Virus record (IMG/VR): IMGVR_UViG_3300037483_000192
Location: 1-56,872 of that record
Length of the DNA stretch: 56,872 nucleotides
Direction: 5' to 3' (one strand)
Source: a virus
Lineage: Duplodnaviria; Caudoviricetes
The notes beneath the pieces were generated by a model that saw nothing but the letters and a program-made list of their open reading frames with translations, had not been told where the DNA came from and did no database searches. Every line of letters begins with the position of its first letter. Position 1 is the stretch's first letter. This document shows, piece by piece, positions 19,114 to 28,100 of this stretch. The translations under genes were made by a program, and so were the position numbers.

Positions 19114-21127
19114 AGTAGACGAGTTCGAGACCCGCCAGGAGGGGGATACTCGCGTTCCCGACCCGAAGGGGATCGTCACTCGCTGGCTTGCAGAACTGGC
19201 TTTAGCCTCACGCACCGAAAGCAAGTGGCGTGACGAGGTCAAGAACATTTGGAAGCGGTACAAGACCGATCAGGAAAGGGCGTCGTTTCAGGACACGGAC
19301 GAGGCGACGTTCAACATCTTGTGGTCTAACACCGAGATTATTGTCCCTGCTCTGTACAACTCGACGCCTACGCCCGATGTTCGACGCAGGTTCAAGGACG
19401 CAGATCCGATCGGGAAGGTTGCGAGCACTGTTCTCGAACGCGGACTTTCGTACTCGATCGACACCTACGATTTCGACGGCGAGATCACGAGCGCTGTTCT
19501 GGATTTCGCGCTGGCGGGTCGAGGGATTACCAGAATTCGGTATAGGCCGAACGTTCAGAGTGTCGATGTCGAGCCGAACGAGGCTGGGGAGGCTCAGGAG
19601 CCGACAGAACGGATAGTCGATCAAGACACGACGTGTGAGCACGTTCAGTGGGACGACTTCCGTAGAGGGCCTGGAAAGACTTGGGGCGTCGTTCCGTGGG
19701 TTGCGTTCCGTCACGACATGGGCTGGGACGATCTGGTTGAATACTTCGGCGAGGAAAAAGCGCAGACGATCAAGCTGACGCAGCTTTCCGAGGACGATTC
19801 GGATGGGATGGACTCCGCATCTGGGGTCAAGCGACTGTTCCAGTCCGGGGAAGTATGGGAGATATGGGACAAGCTTAAAAAGCGAGTCCTGTTCATCGCG
19901 CAGGGGACCGAGGAGCCGTTGCTGGTCGATGACGATCCGAGGTTGAAGCTTCGCGGATTCTTCCCGATGCCAAAGCCTGCAATGGCAGTTTTGGACTCGA
20001 CATCGTTGGTTCCCATCCCACTGTACAGGCAGTACAAAGCCCAGGCGCAGGAAATGGACCGGCTGACCCGGAGGATAGAGAAGATCACGGCCGCTCTAAG
20101 ACTGCGCGGGGTGTATCACGCGAACGTCAAAGAAGCGGCACAGCTGATGGACGCCAGTGATACCGAAATGATCCCGATCGAGGATGCTGCTGCTCTTTCA
20201 ATGATTGGGCTCGATAAGCTGATTTGGATCATGCCGGTAGAGAAGTTGATCACTGTGCTAGAAGGTCTGTACAAGGCGCGCGAGCAGATCAAGCAGACGA
20301 TCTACGAGATTATCGGGCTCTCGGACATCATGCGCGGGGCTACTAAAGCCACTGAAACATTGGGCGCACAGGAGCTTAAGAGCAAGTGGGGCTCGGTCAG
20401 ATTGCAGCGGATGCAGAAGGAGATTCAGCGGTTCGTCCGGGACATTCTACGGTTGAAAGGCGAGGTCATTGCAGAACATTACGAGCCTGACGTTCTGGCC
20501 GAAATGACGCAGATCAAGTTACCTAGGGCGCAGGAGAAGGAGCAGTTGCAGATGGGCGTGCAGCAGATGCAGGCTCAGGGGCAGGAAGTGCCTCCGGAGT
20601 ATCGGAAGATGCTCGAAACGCCGACATGGGAGGACGTGATCGCCGTTTTGAGGTCGGACGCGATGCGCACCTTCCGCATTTCGGTGGAGACCGATAGCAC
20701 GATCCGCGAGATGATTCAGCAGGACTTTGCGGGTTTGAGCGAGGTATTGAATACGCTCTCGGCAGTGTTCGGGGCGGCTCCGCAGCTACAGCAGGCGGGG
20801 GCAAGCAATGGCCCGGAAGTGACGAAAGAAATAGCGCTTTCCGTGTGCCGGCAGGCTAAAATGGGCAGGGCCGTAGAGGACGCAGTTGAGAACCTTGATT
20901 TTCAGGCAGGCGGATCGCAGATCGACCAACTGACGCAGATGGTGCAGCAAATCGGACAGGCCGTGCAGCAGGGGGCGGAGCAGCTCCAGCAGATGGGCCA
21001 ATCTTTGGAGCAGGGCACTCAGAAGCTCGGCCAGCATGAGAAAATCCTTGAGCAACTGATAAAAATCGTGCAGACCCTTGGCCCAGAGCCTCCGCAGCAA
21101 CAGCCAGCAATGGCGGCCGTTCAGTAA
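19091..21127 (+). CDS. Portal protein
   Basis: 678 aa directly after terL; FNILWSN and GLSDIMRG motifs; Gln-rich barrel tail. Confidence 0.85.
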   Translation: MAEAERLKVDEFETRQEGDTRVPDPKGIVTRWLAELALASRTESKWRDEVKNIWKRYKTDQERASFQDTDEATFNILWSNTEIIVPALYNSTPTPDVRRRFKDADPIGKVASTVLERGLSYSIDTYDFDGEITSAVLDFALAGRGITRIRYRPNVQSVDVEPNEAGEAQEPTERIVDQDTTCEHVQWDDFRRGPGKTWGVVPWVAFRHDMGWDDLVEYFGEEKAQTIKLTQLSEDDSDGMDSASGVKRLFQSGEVWEIWDKLKKRVLFIAQGTEEPLLVDDDPRLKLRGFFPMPKPAMAVLDSTSLVPIPLYRQYKAQAQEMDRLTRRIEKITAALRLRGVYHANVKEAAQLMDASDTEMIPIEDAAALSMIGLDKLIWIMPVEKLITVLEGLYKAREQIKQTIYEIIGLSDIMRGATKATETLGAQELKSKWGSVRLQRMQKEIQRFVRDILRLKGEVIAEHYEPDVLAEMTQIKLPRAQEKEQLQMGVQQMQAQGQEVPPEYRKMLETPTWEDVIAVLRSDAMRTFRISVETDSTIREMIQQDFAGLSEVLNTLSAVFGAAPQLQQAGASNGPEVTKEIALSVCRQAKMGRAVEDAVENLDFQAGGSQIDQLTQMVQQIGQAVQQGAEQLQQMGQSLEQGTQKLGQHEKILEQLIKIVQTLGPEPPQQQPAMAAVQ

Positions 21128-21294
21128 TGAGCATGACTCACGGGCATACGCGCGGTAAGCGAATGTCGCCTACCTATTGCGCATGGCAAAACATGCTCAA
21201 GCGCTGCACCAATCCGAGCGCGTCGGGCTTTAAGCACTACGGGTACGTCAATCTCTACGTCGGTGGTGTGCCGATTATTCGAGGGTTGTCATGA
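21127..21294 (+). pseudogene. HNH endonuclease fragment
   Basis: THGHT...PTYCAWQNMLKRCTNP...KHYG, then truncated. Confidence 0.7.
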
Positions 21295-21596
21295 ACAGAC
21301 GCCAGCTCATCAAGTCCATAATCGGAGTCGCTGTTGCAACGGCCATTCCGGCGATGCCGTTTGTGTGGCGGGAAAAGTCGCTAGCAGAGATTGCGGCTCA
21401 CGTCGAGATGCTAACTGTTACGGCCCATTGGCTCGTTTCCTGGGGAATCAGGCCGCCGCATAGTTGGCTGTATAATCCATTGATGGACGACTATACGGCT
21501 CCAAAACGAGAAATTGTAGCAATCCAACGGGCAACCGTTTTCGGATTTCCGCTGCCGAACGATCTCGCACATTTGTCGCCACAGTCAATCTCTTAG
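21291..21596 (+). CDS. Hypothetical protein with twin-arginine-like leader
   Basis: MNRRQLIK followed by a hydrophobic stretch. Confidence 0.55.
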   Translation: MNRRQLIKSIIGVAVATAIPAMPFVWREKSLAEIAAHVEMLTVTAHWLVSWGIRPPHSWLYNPLMDDYTAPKREIVAIQRATVFGFPLPNDLAHLSPQSIS

Positions 21597-21599
21597 CCA

Positions 21600-22031
21600 A
21601 TGCCAATTTACGAATCCTCGTGCCAGAACTGCGGCGCGACGGGAACCTATTACCGCAAGATAGCCGACCGTCACGACACGCCGGCCTGTTCTGAGTGCGG
21701 GGGCAAGACGAGGCAGATCATATCGGCTGTGAAGGGCTTCGGAGACTTGCCCGCATACGAGTCGCCAATCGACGGCCGCGAGATTCGAGGCCGAAGGGCG
21801 AGAGCCGAGGATCTAAAGCGATCTGGCTGCCGCGAGTACGAAGGCCGCGACGTAGAACTCCGCGAGGCCGCACGACGACGCGCAGAGATTCAGGCCAAGC
21901 GCGAGGCCCGGCTTGACGAGTCTATCGAGCGGACGATCACCGAGCTTGATGCGAGTAACAAGCTCGAACGAGTGAGCGAGCGTGTAGACCAATTACCAGA
22001 CCTATCGAACATGAGGATTCTCAATGGCTAA
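21600..22031 (+). CDS. FmdB-like zinc ribbon protein
   Basis: MPIYE..C..CG...C..CGG...IIS; YESPIDG. Confidence 0.85.
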   Translation: MPIYESSCQNCGATGTYYRKIADRHDTPACSECGGKTRQIISAVKGFGDLPAYESPIDGREIRGRRARAEDLKRSGCREYEGRDVELREAARRRAEIQAKREARLDESIERTITELDASNKLERVSERVDQLPDLSNMRILNG

Positions 22032-22362
22032 GGACTCGATGGACAAGGCGCTTGGCGACGCGGTCGATAAAGCGACTGGTATGGTCAGCATGAAAATGAC
22101 CAAGAAAGAGAAGAAGGAGCATCACGAAGGCATGGTTATGGCATCGCCAGATGACGGGCCAAGCTATCCATACGGACTCCGATTGAGGCTCGATGATGAT
22201 TCACTCACGAAGCTCGGAATGTCGCTACCAAAGGTCGGCTCGAAAGTATCGGTGGATGCCGTTGGTGAAGTCGTCGAGGTCTCTCAGCATGAGGACGGCA
22301 AGGACAAGCGGCGCAGCGTCGAGATTCAGATTCAGAAACTTTCGGTAGGTGGTAAAGCATGA
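22024..22362 (+). CDS. Capsid-associated (staple-like) protein
   Basis: YPYGLRLRLDDDSLTKLG..PKVG motif; location in the head module. Confidence 0.55.
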   Translation: MAKDSMDKALGDAVDKATGMVSMKMTKKEKKEHHEGMVMASPDDGPSYPYGLRLRLDDDSLTKLGMSLPKVGSKVSVDAVGEVVEVSQHEDGKDKRRSVEIQIQKLSVGGKA

Positions 22363-23513
22363 GCGAAGAAACCGTAGAGAACGTAGAGACGGTAGAAACC
22401 GAGACGACGCCGAGCATGGACGATGCGTTGGGGGCAGCCCTGGACGCGCTGGACGCTCCGGAGACTACCGCTGAGGCCGGCACGGAAACCACAGAGACGA
22501 CCGAGACGACAGAGCGCGCTCGCGGTGCCGATGGCAAGTTCGTGGCGAAGTCTGAGACGACGGAGAAGACAGAAAAGACTGCGGAAGACGCAAAGCCGAA
22601 CGGCAAGGCTGTCGAGGGCGAGCAGGTTCAGGCATCCGAGGAGACTACTGAAACGACTGAAACTGCCGATCCGCAACTTGTGGACGGCAAGGACATCACG
22701 AAAGCGCCCGTGAGCTGGAAGGCCGAGGCCGCTATCGAGTTCTCGAAACTCCCGGAGGCGGTGCGCAAGGAGGTCCACAAGCGCGAGGAAGACATTCACC
22801 GCGGGATCGAGCAGTACAAGGGGGCCGCGACGTTCGGCGTGGAGGTTGCAAGGCAGTTCCAGCCGTATCAGCCGATGATGCAGGCGTTGAAACATGCGCC
22901 TACGGATATCATCAACTCTGCGTTGCAGTTCGAGTACGCCATGCACACGGGGAGCAAGGAACAGAAGATCGAGGTTTTCCGCAATCTCGCCAAGAGCTAC
23001 GGATTGATCGAGGAGCAGCCGGAGCTTGGGCCGGATGGTAAACCGATCCAGCCAGATCCGAAGTTCACGGCGTTGGAATCGAAGATTCAGACGCTCGAAG
23101 GAAAGCTGACGGCCAAGGAGCGAGCCGATCAGCAAGCGGAAGAAAGACGGGTCGAAGCTGCACGGTCTGAGATCTCAAAGGAGATCACCGACTTCGCGAA
23201 CGACCCGAAAAACGAGTTCTATGGACTTGTCAAGGACGATATGTTAAAAACCATCCAATCTGGACAGGCTGCTGACCTCAGAGACGCCTATGACAAGGCT
23301 GTTTGGGTCAACCCTGTGACGCGCGGGAAGCTGATTGCTCGACAGCAAGAGGCGGATCGCAAGTCAGCCGCTGAGAAAGCAGCGGAGGCCAGGAAAGCCA
23401 ATCTAGTCAACGTGACTCCTCGGGCGACCCCGGCGGGGAAAGCGGCTAGCAAAGGCACACTCGAAGAATCGCTTGGAGCGGCGCTCGATGAGCAGCTGGC
23501 GAAAAGCGCGTAG
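22359..23513 (+). CDS. Scaffolding protein
   Basis: Acidic TE repeats, R..DGKF motif and coiled coil; precedes the major capsid gene. Confidence 0.8.
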   Translation: MSEETVENVETVETETTPSMDDALGAALDALDAPETTAEAGTETTETTETTERARGADGKFVAKSETTEKTEKTAEDAKPNGKAVEGEQVQASEETTETTETADPQLVDGKDITKAPVSWKAEAAIEFSKLPEAVRKEVHKREEDIHRGIEQYKGAATFGVEVARQFQPYQPMMQALKHAPTDIINSALQFEYAMHTGSKEQKIEVFRNLAKSYGLIEEQPELGPDGKPIQPDPKFTALESKIQTLEGKLTAKERADQQAEERRVEAARSEISKEITDFANDPKNEFYGLVKDDMLKTIQSGQAADLRDAYDKAVWVNPVTRGKLIARQQEADRKSAAEKAAEARKANLVNVTPRATPAGKAASKGTLEESLGAALDEQLAKSA

Positions 23514-23557
23514 TGCTTAGCTAGTCGGAGCTTCTGTAGCTCCACGCGGGGTCATCA

Positions 23558-24538
23558 ATGGTCGATCAAGTAACCCTTGAGGGATTCGGGGACGTCATCA
23601 CTGCGACGCTCCGAAACTCAAAGACTGAGGTTGCGGACGGCATTTCCAACCACAACGCTCTGTACGCCCGGATGAAGAAGAAGGGCAACATTCGTATGGA
23701 AGCGGGCGGGACGGTTATCGACTGTCCGATCATGTATCAAGGTCCGGGCGTGTATCAGCGTTATTTCGGCGCCGATCCGCTCGACATTTCGTTCCAGCAG
23801 TCTCACACCCATTCGCGGTGGGAGTGGAAGCAGGCTGTGGTTCACGTTACGTCTCACGGGCGTGAGCTTCAGATCAACCGCGGACGCTCGAAGATATTCA
23901 ACTTGGCGAAATCCAAGATCAAGGCTGCGATTGCGCAAGCAGCCAACGGCATGAGCGCCGATCTTTGGTCGGCCGGATTGTTGGACAATCAGCTGACCGG
24001 CATCCAGGCGATCGTCACAACGGACGGGCTTGGCGTAGTCGGCGGAATATCGGCTACCACGGAGGAGTGGTGGCGGTCGATCGTTCAATCCGCGGCGGCC
24101 CCGATTCAGGGCGGTGGTGCGATCACACCAGGACCGACGACGATCGAGTCGCTGATGGGGCCGCTGTACCGTCGCTTGACGATCGGTTCTAGCACTCCGG
24201 ATATGATCGTGTTGTCCGAAAGCTACTACAACTTCTTCGAGCTTTCTCAGGTCTCGCTGAAGCGGTACACGAACGAATCGTCTGGAGATGCAGGGTTCGT
24301 CAGCTTGAAGTACCACGGTTCGGACGTGTTCCACGAAACCGCAGTCTCGGGGATTCCGGACAACACCGGGTATTTCCTGAACACGGATTACATGGAGCTG
24401 GTCGTGTCCGAAGGTCGGAACTGGGAGCAGGCGGACGACAAGTCGCCGGTGAACCAGGACACGGTCGTCACGCCGATCTACTTCATGGGCAACAACGCGG
24501 CATCGGATCGTCGTCGCCTCGGTTTGATGAAGGCGTAG
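23558..24538 (+). CDS. Major capsid protein
   Basis: 326 aa; GG..I..PI.Y, WKQ, PDMI, GF.SLKY.G.DV and YFLNTDY motifs. Confidence 0.9.
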   Translation: MVDQVTLEGFGDVITATLRNSKTEVADGISNHNALYARMKKKGNIRMEAGGTVIDCPIMYQGPGVYQRYFGADPLDISFQQSHTHSRWEWKQAVVHVTSHGRELQINRGRSKIFNLAKSKIKAAIAQAANGMSADLWSAGLLDNQLTGIQAIVTTDGLGVVGGISATTEEWWRSIVQSAAAPIQGGGAITPGPTTIESLMGPLYRRLTIGSSTPDMIVLSESYYNFFELSQVSLKRYTNESSGDAGFVSLKYHGSDVFHETAVSGIPDNTGYFLNTDYMELVVSEGRNWEQADDKSPVNQDTVVTPIYFMGNNAASDRRRLGLMKA

Positions 24539-24550
24539 GGAGAAAAACAC

Positions 24551-25069
24551 ATGAGCACAGCATTCAACATTCCCCATCGCGATACGGCTTCGTTGAACAA
24601 GGAGTTCGCGCTCGGGGCAGAGACAGAGTTCGGTGGCATCGTATATCGATACGTGCAGGCCGGTGCGGCTATTTCGACCTCGGTCAACGAGCCGTACGCT
24701 TTGGCCATCGACGAGGCCGAACAAGCATTGAAGCTTACCGCTCCTTTGGCGCTCGCCGGCCACCGGATCGGGTTCGCGCCACGGGCGATCATTCCGGACA
24801 ACGCCTACTTCTGGGCGCGTATGAAAGGCGTGTTTCCAATCCGTGTCGCGGCGGACACGGCGGCGGATGTTCGTCTACGTGTCGCGGTCGCAGGTGGCGG
24901 ACGGCTTTCGTCAGCCTCTCTCACCGCCTCTGGAGCGCAGATCATGGGTGTCGTGATTACCGCAGCGGCATCGACATCGACGAGTGCCGACGACCTGAAC
25001 GCCCAGACGATCCGCACGGCGATCGCTGGGCCGCTCACGGCGATCATCGGCGGCGTCACGCTCGCCTGA
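24551..25069 (+). CDS. Capsid decoration/cement protein
   Basis: Follows the major capsid gene; YRYVQAGAAI and YFW motifs. Confidence 0.65.
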   Translation: MSTAFNIPHRDTASLNKEFALGAETEFGGIVYRYVQAGAAISTSVNEPYALAIDEAEQALKLTAPLALAGHRIGFAPRAIIPDNAYFWARMKGVFPIRVAADTAADVRLRVAVAGGGRLSSASLTASGAQIMGVVITAAASTSTSADDLNAQTIRTAIAGPLTAIIGGVTLA

Positions 25070-26433
25070 TGTCAAGCTACTTCGCGGCTCAAGCTGAGGG
25101 GCAGGAGACTGCCCCTCTTTTTTTGCAGCTCGTGGTCAACAACGATACTGGCGAGATCGAGAGCCAGATCCGGCAGAACATCGCTCGACGGCCGAAGGTT
25201 TTAGAGCCTCGGCCGAAGATAGATACGCCACTCATCATCGCCGCCGGAGGTCCGTCTCTGGCGGATAACGTTGACCTGATTCGTCAGTTCGGGCTCCCGG
25301 TTCTTGCCGTAAACGGTGCCTACAACTTTCTTTTGAAACGTGGAGTGGTAGCCGACTACTTCATGATGATGGACTCGCGCGCATCGAACTACGTGCACGT
25401 GGAGAACATGCAGAGAGAGACCGAGTGCATCTTGGCCAGTCAGGTGCATCCCGACATTTTCGAGCGGCTCTCGACGCACAATGTGACGATGTACCACTCG
25501 TTCGTAGACTCTGCTAAACGAGCGCTGGCCAGCATGAAAAGCGGGCCTGTCCACGGGGTTCTAGCTCCGTTGGGAGCGGCCGGGATACACGCGCTGTACA
25601 TCGCGCTCATTCTCGGGTTTCGTAATCTAAAACTGTTTGGCTACGACTTAAGCTATCGGGGGGACGACCATCGAGCATTTCCGCAGCCGATGAACGACGG
25701 AGAGTTTACGGTCGATGTTGTGGTCAATGGAGTCACGTATCGAACGCCAGGGCTTTTAGCTTTAGCGGCAGAACAGTTCCCGTCGATCGCGGGTAATTTG
25801 ACGAGGGAGCAGGGGGCAGAGATCGAGCTTTGGAGTGGTGGCCTTTTGTCCGCGGTGCTGGAGAGGGCTAATCGAGAGGGTGAAAAGCCTGTCGAGGATC
25901 GGGAGCGTGAGAAGTACGAGGACATTTGGCGGGTCGATCAATACCGCAAGGTGTCTCCGGGAATGCGGTATGTCGATGAGGCGTTGGGCCTTCTTACTCC
26001 AGAACCAGGTGCCTCTTTCTTGGACCTTGGCTGCGGGACGGGCCGTGTCGTTACAGAGCTTCGCCGTCGTGGGTTCGATGCTGCTGGGGTTGATATCGCT
26101 GAGAACGCTCTGGAGGAGGACGTTCCGTTTACTCGGGTAGCCCTGTGGGATGCACTACCTCAAGCAGACTACGGATTCTCCAGCGATGTCCTTGAGCACA
26201 TTCCTCCCGAGCGGGTCATGGACGTGCTTGAGTCCATTCGAGCATCAATCAGGGTCGCGTGCTATCTCAACATCGACACGTTCGATGACAATTTCGGCGC
26301 GTACATCGATAGAAAGCTCCACATGACCGTCATGGAGCCATCGGGATGGATAGCTGCGGCAAAAACACTGTGGCCTAACGTCGATGCCATCGAGCGCACC
26401 GGAGAAGTGGTGCTGATTTGCAGGACAAGGTAA
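25069..26433 (+). CDS. MAF_flag10/DUF115 (MptE-like) domain fused to a class I SAM methyltransferase
   Basis: IIAAGGPSL, AVNGA, LGFRNLKLFGYDLSY; then LDLGCGTG and SDVLEHIP. Confidence 0.85.
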   Translation: MSSYFAAQAEGQETAPLFLQLVVNNDTGEIESQIRQNIARRPKVLEPRPKIDTPLIIAAGGPSLADNVDLIRQFGLPVLAVNGAYNFLLKRGVVADYFMMMDSRASNYVHVENMQRETECILASQVHPDIFERLSTHNVTMYHSFVDSAKRALASMKSGPVHGVLAPLGAAGIHALYIALILGFRNLKLFGYDLSYRGDDHRAFPQPMNDGEFTVDVVVNGVTYRTPGLLALAAEQFPSIAGNLTREQGAEIELWSGGLLSAVLERANREGEKPVEDREREKYEDIWRVDQYRKVSPGMRYVDEALGLLTPEPGASFLDLGCGTGRVVTELRRRGFDAAGVDIAENALEEDVPFTRVALWDALPQADYGFSSDVLEHIPPERVMDVLESIRASIRVACYLNIDTFDDNFGAYIDRKLHMTVMEPSGWIAAAKTLWPNVDAIERTGEVVLICRTR

Positions 26434-26460
26434 GGATCGGCTAACGCCGAAGGAGCCATC

Positions 26461-27360
26461 ATGTCAGTAGACGCCTCTTTCATGCGCGGGATCGACAACA
26501 AGCGCAGACCTCCAAAAGTTTCGTACAAGAAGCGAGCCCGCTTCGATCAGGCGTTGACGAACCGTAACGGACGATCGACGTATGTCGATGAGGATGTAGC
26601 GGAGATCACGAGCCCGGACAACGGCGTGACCCTGACGATGACTGTCAAGGAGTGGTTTGCGAAGATCGACAAAGACCCGGCGAACTACCTGCACTGGTCT
26701 GCTGCTTACAAGCAGATGTACCGAGACTGGAAGGAGGCTCACGACACGGAGGCTGTTGACGGTACGCACATCTCGAACTGGTCTCTATTGTCTCCCGGAC
26801 AGTGCGAGACGTACTTGCACGCCAATTATCGAACTATCGAGTCGATTGCGGAGATGACCGACGAGGTTGCGACCACGTTTGACGGTGGCCTGTTCATCCG
26901 GAGCAAGGCTCGTTACTGGATCAACTCAGCCGAGGATATCGGCGGGATTACGTCTGAGATAGCGAGCCTGAAGGCCGAGAATGAGACGTTGCTGGCCGAC
27001 GTACAGCTGAAGGGCCAGAAGATTGCGGAGATGAAGTCGGAGCTAGACAGGCTGACTGCTCATTTTACCGGCAAGGAAGGGTACGACGTGATCGCCGGTC
27101 GGGTTCAGCCGGTTGGATTGCAGATTGTTCGGGATGCGCGAAGCGCAGATGCGCAGCCGCAGGTAGTCGCACCGCAGCCGGTTGAAAACGCCCCGGTAGT
27201 ACAGCAGCAGCCTTCAACCTTGCTCACGCTCGACGCGGTCAAGGTTCTGGATATGGCAGCGCTTCGATCTTATTGCTATGAGCACAACGTCAAGCCAAGC
27301 ACGGCCAAGGCCGAGACTTACGAGCGGTTGATCGAGGCGAAGCAGCTCACCGGCATTTGA
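26461..27360 (+). CDS. Hypothetical head-module protein
   Basis: GAAGGAG RBS; GT.I..W..L and RTIE.IA motifs; coiled coil. Confidence 0.7.
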   Translation: MSVDASFMRGIDNKRRPPKVSYKKRARFDQALTNRNGRSTYVDEDVAEITSPDNGVTLTMTVKEWFAKIDKDPANYLHWSAAYKQMYRDWKEAHDTEAVDGTHISNWSLLSPGQCETYLHANYRTIESIAEMTDEVATTFDGGLFIRSKARYWINSAEDIGGITSEIASLKAENETLLADVQLKGQKIAEMKSELDRLTAHFTGKEGYDVIAGRVQPVGLQIVRDARSADAQPQVVAPQPVENAPVVQQQPSTLLTLDAVKVLDMAALRSYCYEHNVKPSTAKAETYERLIEAKQLTGI

Positions 27361-27362
27361 GT

Positions 27363-28100
27363 ATGAGCGTTTTCACGATCTCAGAAATGGTTTCAAAGGT
27401 CGGCAGGCGGGTCGGTTTGCGCATAACGAGCGCACCGATCGGATCTTCGGATGACCAGATAGCTCAGTTTGTGGAACTGTTCAACGAGGAAGTATCTGAG
27501 ACTGGGACACGATTCCGCTGGTCAGCGCTGACCCACGAGGCAACGTTTCAAACCGTGGCTGTCGAGGATCAGGGCATGTTCGTCGGCTCAGGTGGAATTC
27601 TGGCCGTTGCAGATGAATACAATTACATCATTTCCGACACGATGTGGGATCGTACCGGGAGGTTTCCGGTAGCTGGGCCTACGAGCACTCTGAATTGGCA
27701 GGCTAAGAAAGCACTCAACTACACCACTGGGCCATTCCCAGAGTACCGCATTCGGGCAAACCGATTGCTGTTCTCTCCGATTCCAGCGGCTTCACACGAC
27801 ATCTTTTTCGAGTATGCGTCCAAGAAGTTCGTCTACAACCCTGACGAAGATACTTACGGGCAGGTGTTTTCTACCAACGATTCAGTTCCGGTCCTTGACT
27901 GCGACTTGATCATGCAGGGTGTCCGGTGGCGTTGGAAGATGGCCAAAGGATTCCAGTACGCAGAGGAAAAGCGGACCCATGAGCTGGACGTTGCGAACGC
28001 CTCCTCTCGCGATGCGGGGCGTAAGCGTTTGAGTCTGGCCGGCGGTAACTCGATCGGCGGCGGTCAGCGTGTCGGGGACCTGAGAACGACTCAACTCTAA
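27363..28100 (+). CDS. Head-tail adaptor (tail tubular protein A-like)
   Basis: Position and size; W..L..E and T.WDRT motifs. Confidence 0.7.
   Translation: MSVFTISEMVSKVGRRVGLRITSAPIGSSDDQIAQFVELFNEEVSETGTRFRWSALTHEATFQTVAVEDQGMFVGSGGILAVADEYNYIISDTMWDRTGRFPVAGPTSTLNWQAKKALNYTTGPFPEYRIRANRLLFSPIPAASHDIFFEYASKKFVYNPDEDTYGQVFSTNDSVPVLDCDLIMQGVRWRWKMAKGFQYAEEKRTHELDVANASSRDAGRKRLSLAGGNSIGGGQRVGDLRTTQL

Noticed and set aside
23618-24763. Long antisense ORFs (also 15148-16107, 22332-23135, 9902-10663, and same-strand 48737-49771)
   Set aside because: Shadow frames of well-supported genes in GC-rich DNA, with no motifs.
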